From: Chromera velia
Taxonomy: Eukaryota
DNA length: 51,961 bases
Direction of reading: 5' to 3'
Assembly (NCBI GenBank): GCA_018398765.1
Contig: JAHBMJ010000267.1
Coordinates: forward strand, 1-51,961
The notes under the pieces were generated by a model. The model made no database searches and was not told the origin of the DNA. It saw nothing but the letters and a program-made list of their open reading frames with translations. This document shows, one piece after another, positions 49,632 to 51,961 of the stretch (positions are counted from its first letter, which is position 1; each line of letters starts with the position of its first letter). The translations under genes and the position numbers were made by a program.

Positions 49632-50515
49632 ATGTGGGTTCAGAGTGCCTACGTGACGGATGGATTTGAAGAAGAAGCGAGACGCAAACTCAGGGAGAAA
49701 AAGGTCAGAGACTCAGATGTTTGTAACCCCGCCAGAGAATGTTTCATTGCAAGGACTCTGCATAACTCATATACATCTGAGATGGTGTATCCGGCCAGCA
49801 TGATGACATTTAACCCGTTGCGTGCCATCATGTCCCTGGTTTCTTTTTGGATTGTCACTCGATGAGTCCATGTCTTGCGACGATGAGCTACTTTTCTTGT
49901 GCACAGAAAAGCAAGCCGGCAAGCGACAATGTTTCTTCCTGTCTGGGCGAACGGTTGAATACAGTGAAACACCTGTGCCAGGGACATCAGCAGGAAGAGG
50001 AAACATTGTGGGCGCATGGAGGTCCGGATTGGCTCAGCAATACCATTCATTGAAATGGGCAACAAACTAACTCGGCTAACGAAATTCAATGCAAGACAGC
50101 GATCTGTGTGGCCGCTGCCCAAGACGAGTTTGTTGCAGGTACTGCAATGCAGGCCTGCTGATGTCCATGAATCCGCCAGAAAGATAATAAATTACACGGC
50201 TGCGAGCATTTTGCTGCGTAGTGGTGTGCTATGTAAGTGTTCTCTTGTGATGAACTTTTCTTGCCTGTAGCCTATGCTCATCTTTGACGTATGTACTTCT
50301 GCTGCAGGTCTGTGGACCACAGAGCGCTACTCTCGATCAAGGCCAAGTACCTTGGCACCGCCGCGGGTGGCGCGTTGAACGTCTCTACAAATGCACAGGA
50401 TTACGCTCCCCTACCGAAAGTGCTAGCTACAGTGCAAGCTGGGAATCTGACGCAATCCTCCACCTCGGATGAGGGAACTCACACCTTGAAAACGTCGCCT
50501 TCCACAAGCTGGTGA
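49632..50515 (+). pseudogene. Possible degenerate spliced gene of unknown function
   Basis: Candidate splice sites (CACAG| ~49906, TTGCAG| ~50138, |GTAAGT ~50233, CTGCAG| ~50307) flank short ORFs, but I could not join them into one open frame. Confidence 0.25.
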
Positions 50516-51961
50516 AATTCGCGTGCAACCCGGTTCGGAATGTGGACATGCGCTAGTTCTGTTTGATTGACTTTCTCCTCTGCTCATTGCATGCTAGATT
50601 GCATGATTCCCCCCTTTTCCCTTCCCGTCTTGCGCCTATCGGATTTCAACTAAGATTTTCAGAAAGAAAACAGAAGACTACAATTTAGTCTGAAAATGAG
50701 ACATTTGTTTAGAACTTGAATGAAGACATGCAGAAAAGAGATAAGCCAAAAGATTAGATTCTAGATTAGATTAGATTTAATTTAACTTAGATTTTAACTA
50801 TATCTAAGGCAGCTACGTTATTTATGGTATTATTTAGTATCTGACTATATAACTTCAATAATCTTTAAAAACTCCTAGGTAAGCTTACTAAGTAATACTA
50901 ACTAGCTTACTAACTATTGCTAGAACTATTGCCAACGGCAGCCAACCCTAGGCATGCATGGTCTTTAGTTAGTTAGTTAGTAACCTGTCAGTTGCATATG
51001 TAAGTCGAGGCCCGGCAGTGGACCGCGGGGCAACCCGGAGCATAAATCCTATCCTATCTTAGTTTAGTTTATGACCCTGTAGAGAACTATACACAGTACA
51101 GTTAGGAGTTACTACCAGCCCCTTTTAGCTAGTAGCGAGTTACCGTCAGTTTGGTAACCATGAGATGGTAACCAGCGGACTTGAAGGCGTGTACCACTAC
51201 CATGGTAGTTTAAGGGAAAACTCTGGTAAAAACAGTTGCTAAACCCATTTTAAAGCATGATCACTTAACCCATTAATAGTTTAAAGCCCTAAAATGATCA
51301 TACTCAAGTAGTATATGCTATATATAATGATATACTAGTTAGACGCTTAGAGTGAGTTAGAGTTCAGTCATAAAAGGATAAACATTGAGTTTTACTAGAA
51401 CAAACTTTTGATGAATGTCAAAAATGTGATTTTTACTAGTCCAGAATTGGTTTTATAAGTTAAGTTTAGTGCTAGGAAAAGGTTCAAGGTTCAAGGTTCA
51501 AGGTGCACCTTTTTTAAAGCAGGAGAAGAAACAACAGCGATTGATCACTTTTTTGTGGATCCCTTTCTTTTGACAGCCTGGTCCTCTGCCACTTCAAACC
51601 TGGAAGCTGACTTTGCCCCTCAACATGTTGTTCTTTCTCTTTCTTTTTTTCTTGATTCATCTCCTCCCCCTATATCTTCTGATCCTCCGCATGCCCCCAC
51701 GGGCAAAAAGAATTTCTCTTTTCTCCCCCCTCTCCTCACTGTTAATAGAACTTCCCCGGTGACTGATGATGAAATGATTCCTCTCGCCAGAGCGGTCCTA
51801 CCGTTTTCTGAGACGGTTTTTCCCGGCTTGTTCGACAGAGGGGTAAACGAACTGCGTGAAGCAGGTCAAGTTGTTCCCTTTATCCCACCTCCCCCTGACC
51901 CACCACCCCTTCCCCCACAACCACCTCCCCTTCAGAATGCTCCCCCCCCCAACTCTCTCAG

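Overview
Eukaryotic genomic DNA with GT-AG introns and microsatellite-filled introns. Intron style, H4 residues and TGCATGCA motifs suggest an alveolate such as a chromerid; this is an inference. The left third (about 1.7-17 kb) is a nested transposon stack. An old Copia-type LTR retrotransposon (A, minus strand) is interrupted by a second, full-length but decayed Copia element (B, 3681-12353). B has ~490-bp LTRs lacking TG...CA ends, a GAATC(A) target duplication and an 18-nt tRNA-type primer-binding site. A is also interrupted by a miniature LTR element (12472-15696, TG...CA LTRs, GGGA target duplication, only 33 bp internal). That miniature element is itself split by a CMC/EnSpm-type DNA transposon (12929-15208, ~250-bp TIRs). 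Removing the inserts in silico rejoins the pol reading frame of A. Next come a CRE-like non-LTR endonuclease fragment and a Crinkler-type NTPase + restriction-like nuclease gene with two in-frame stops (20598-22211). A giant multi-exon minus-strand gene follows (22858 to about 41038, >4100 aa, WD40-like segments plus long low-complexity regions). Near the right end are a divergent intronless histone H4 (43407-43718) and, head-to-head with it, a two-exon 99-aa putative mitochondrial membrane microprotein (44260-44762). Repeat copies differ almost only by transitions, suggesting methylation- or RIP-like mutagenesis. All calls are by eye; no searches were run.
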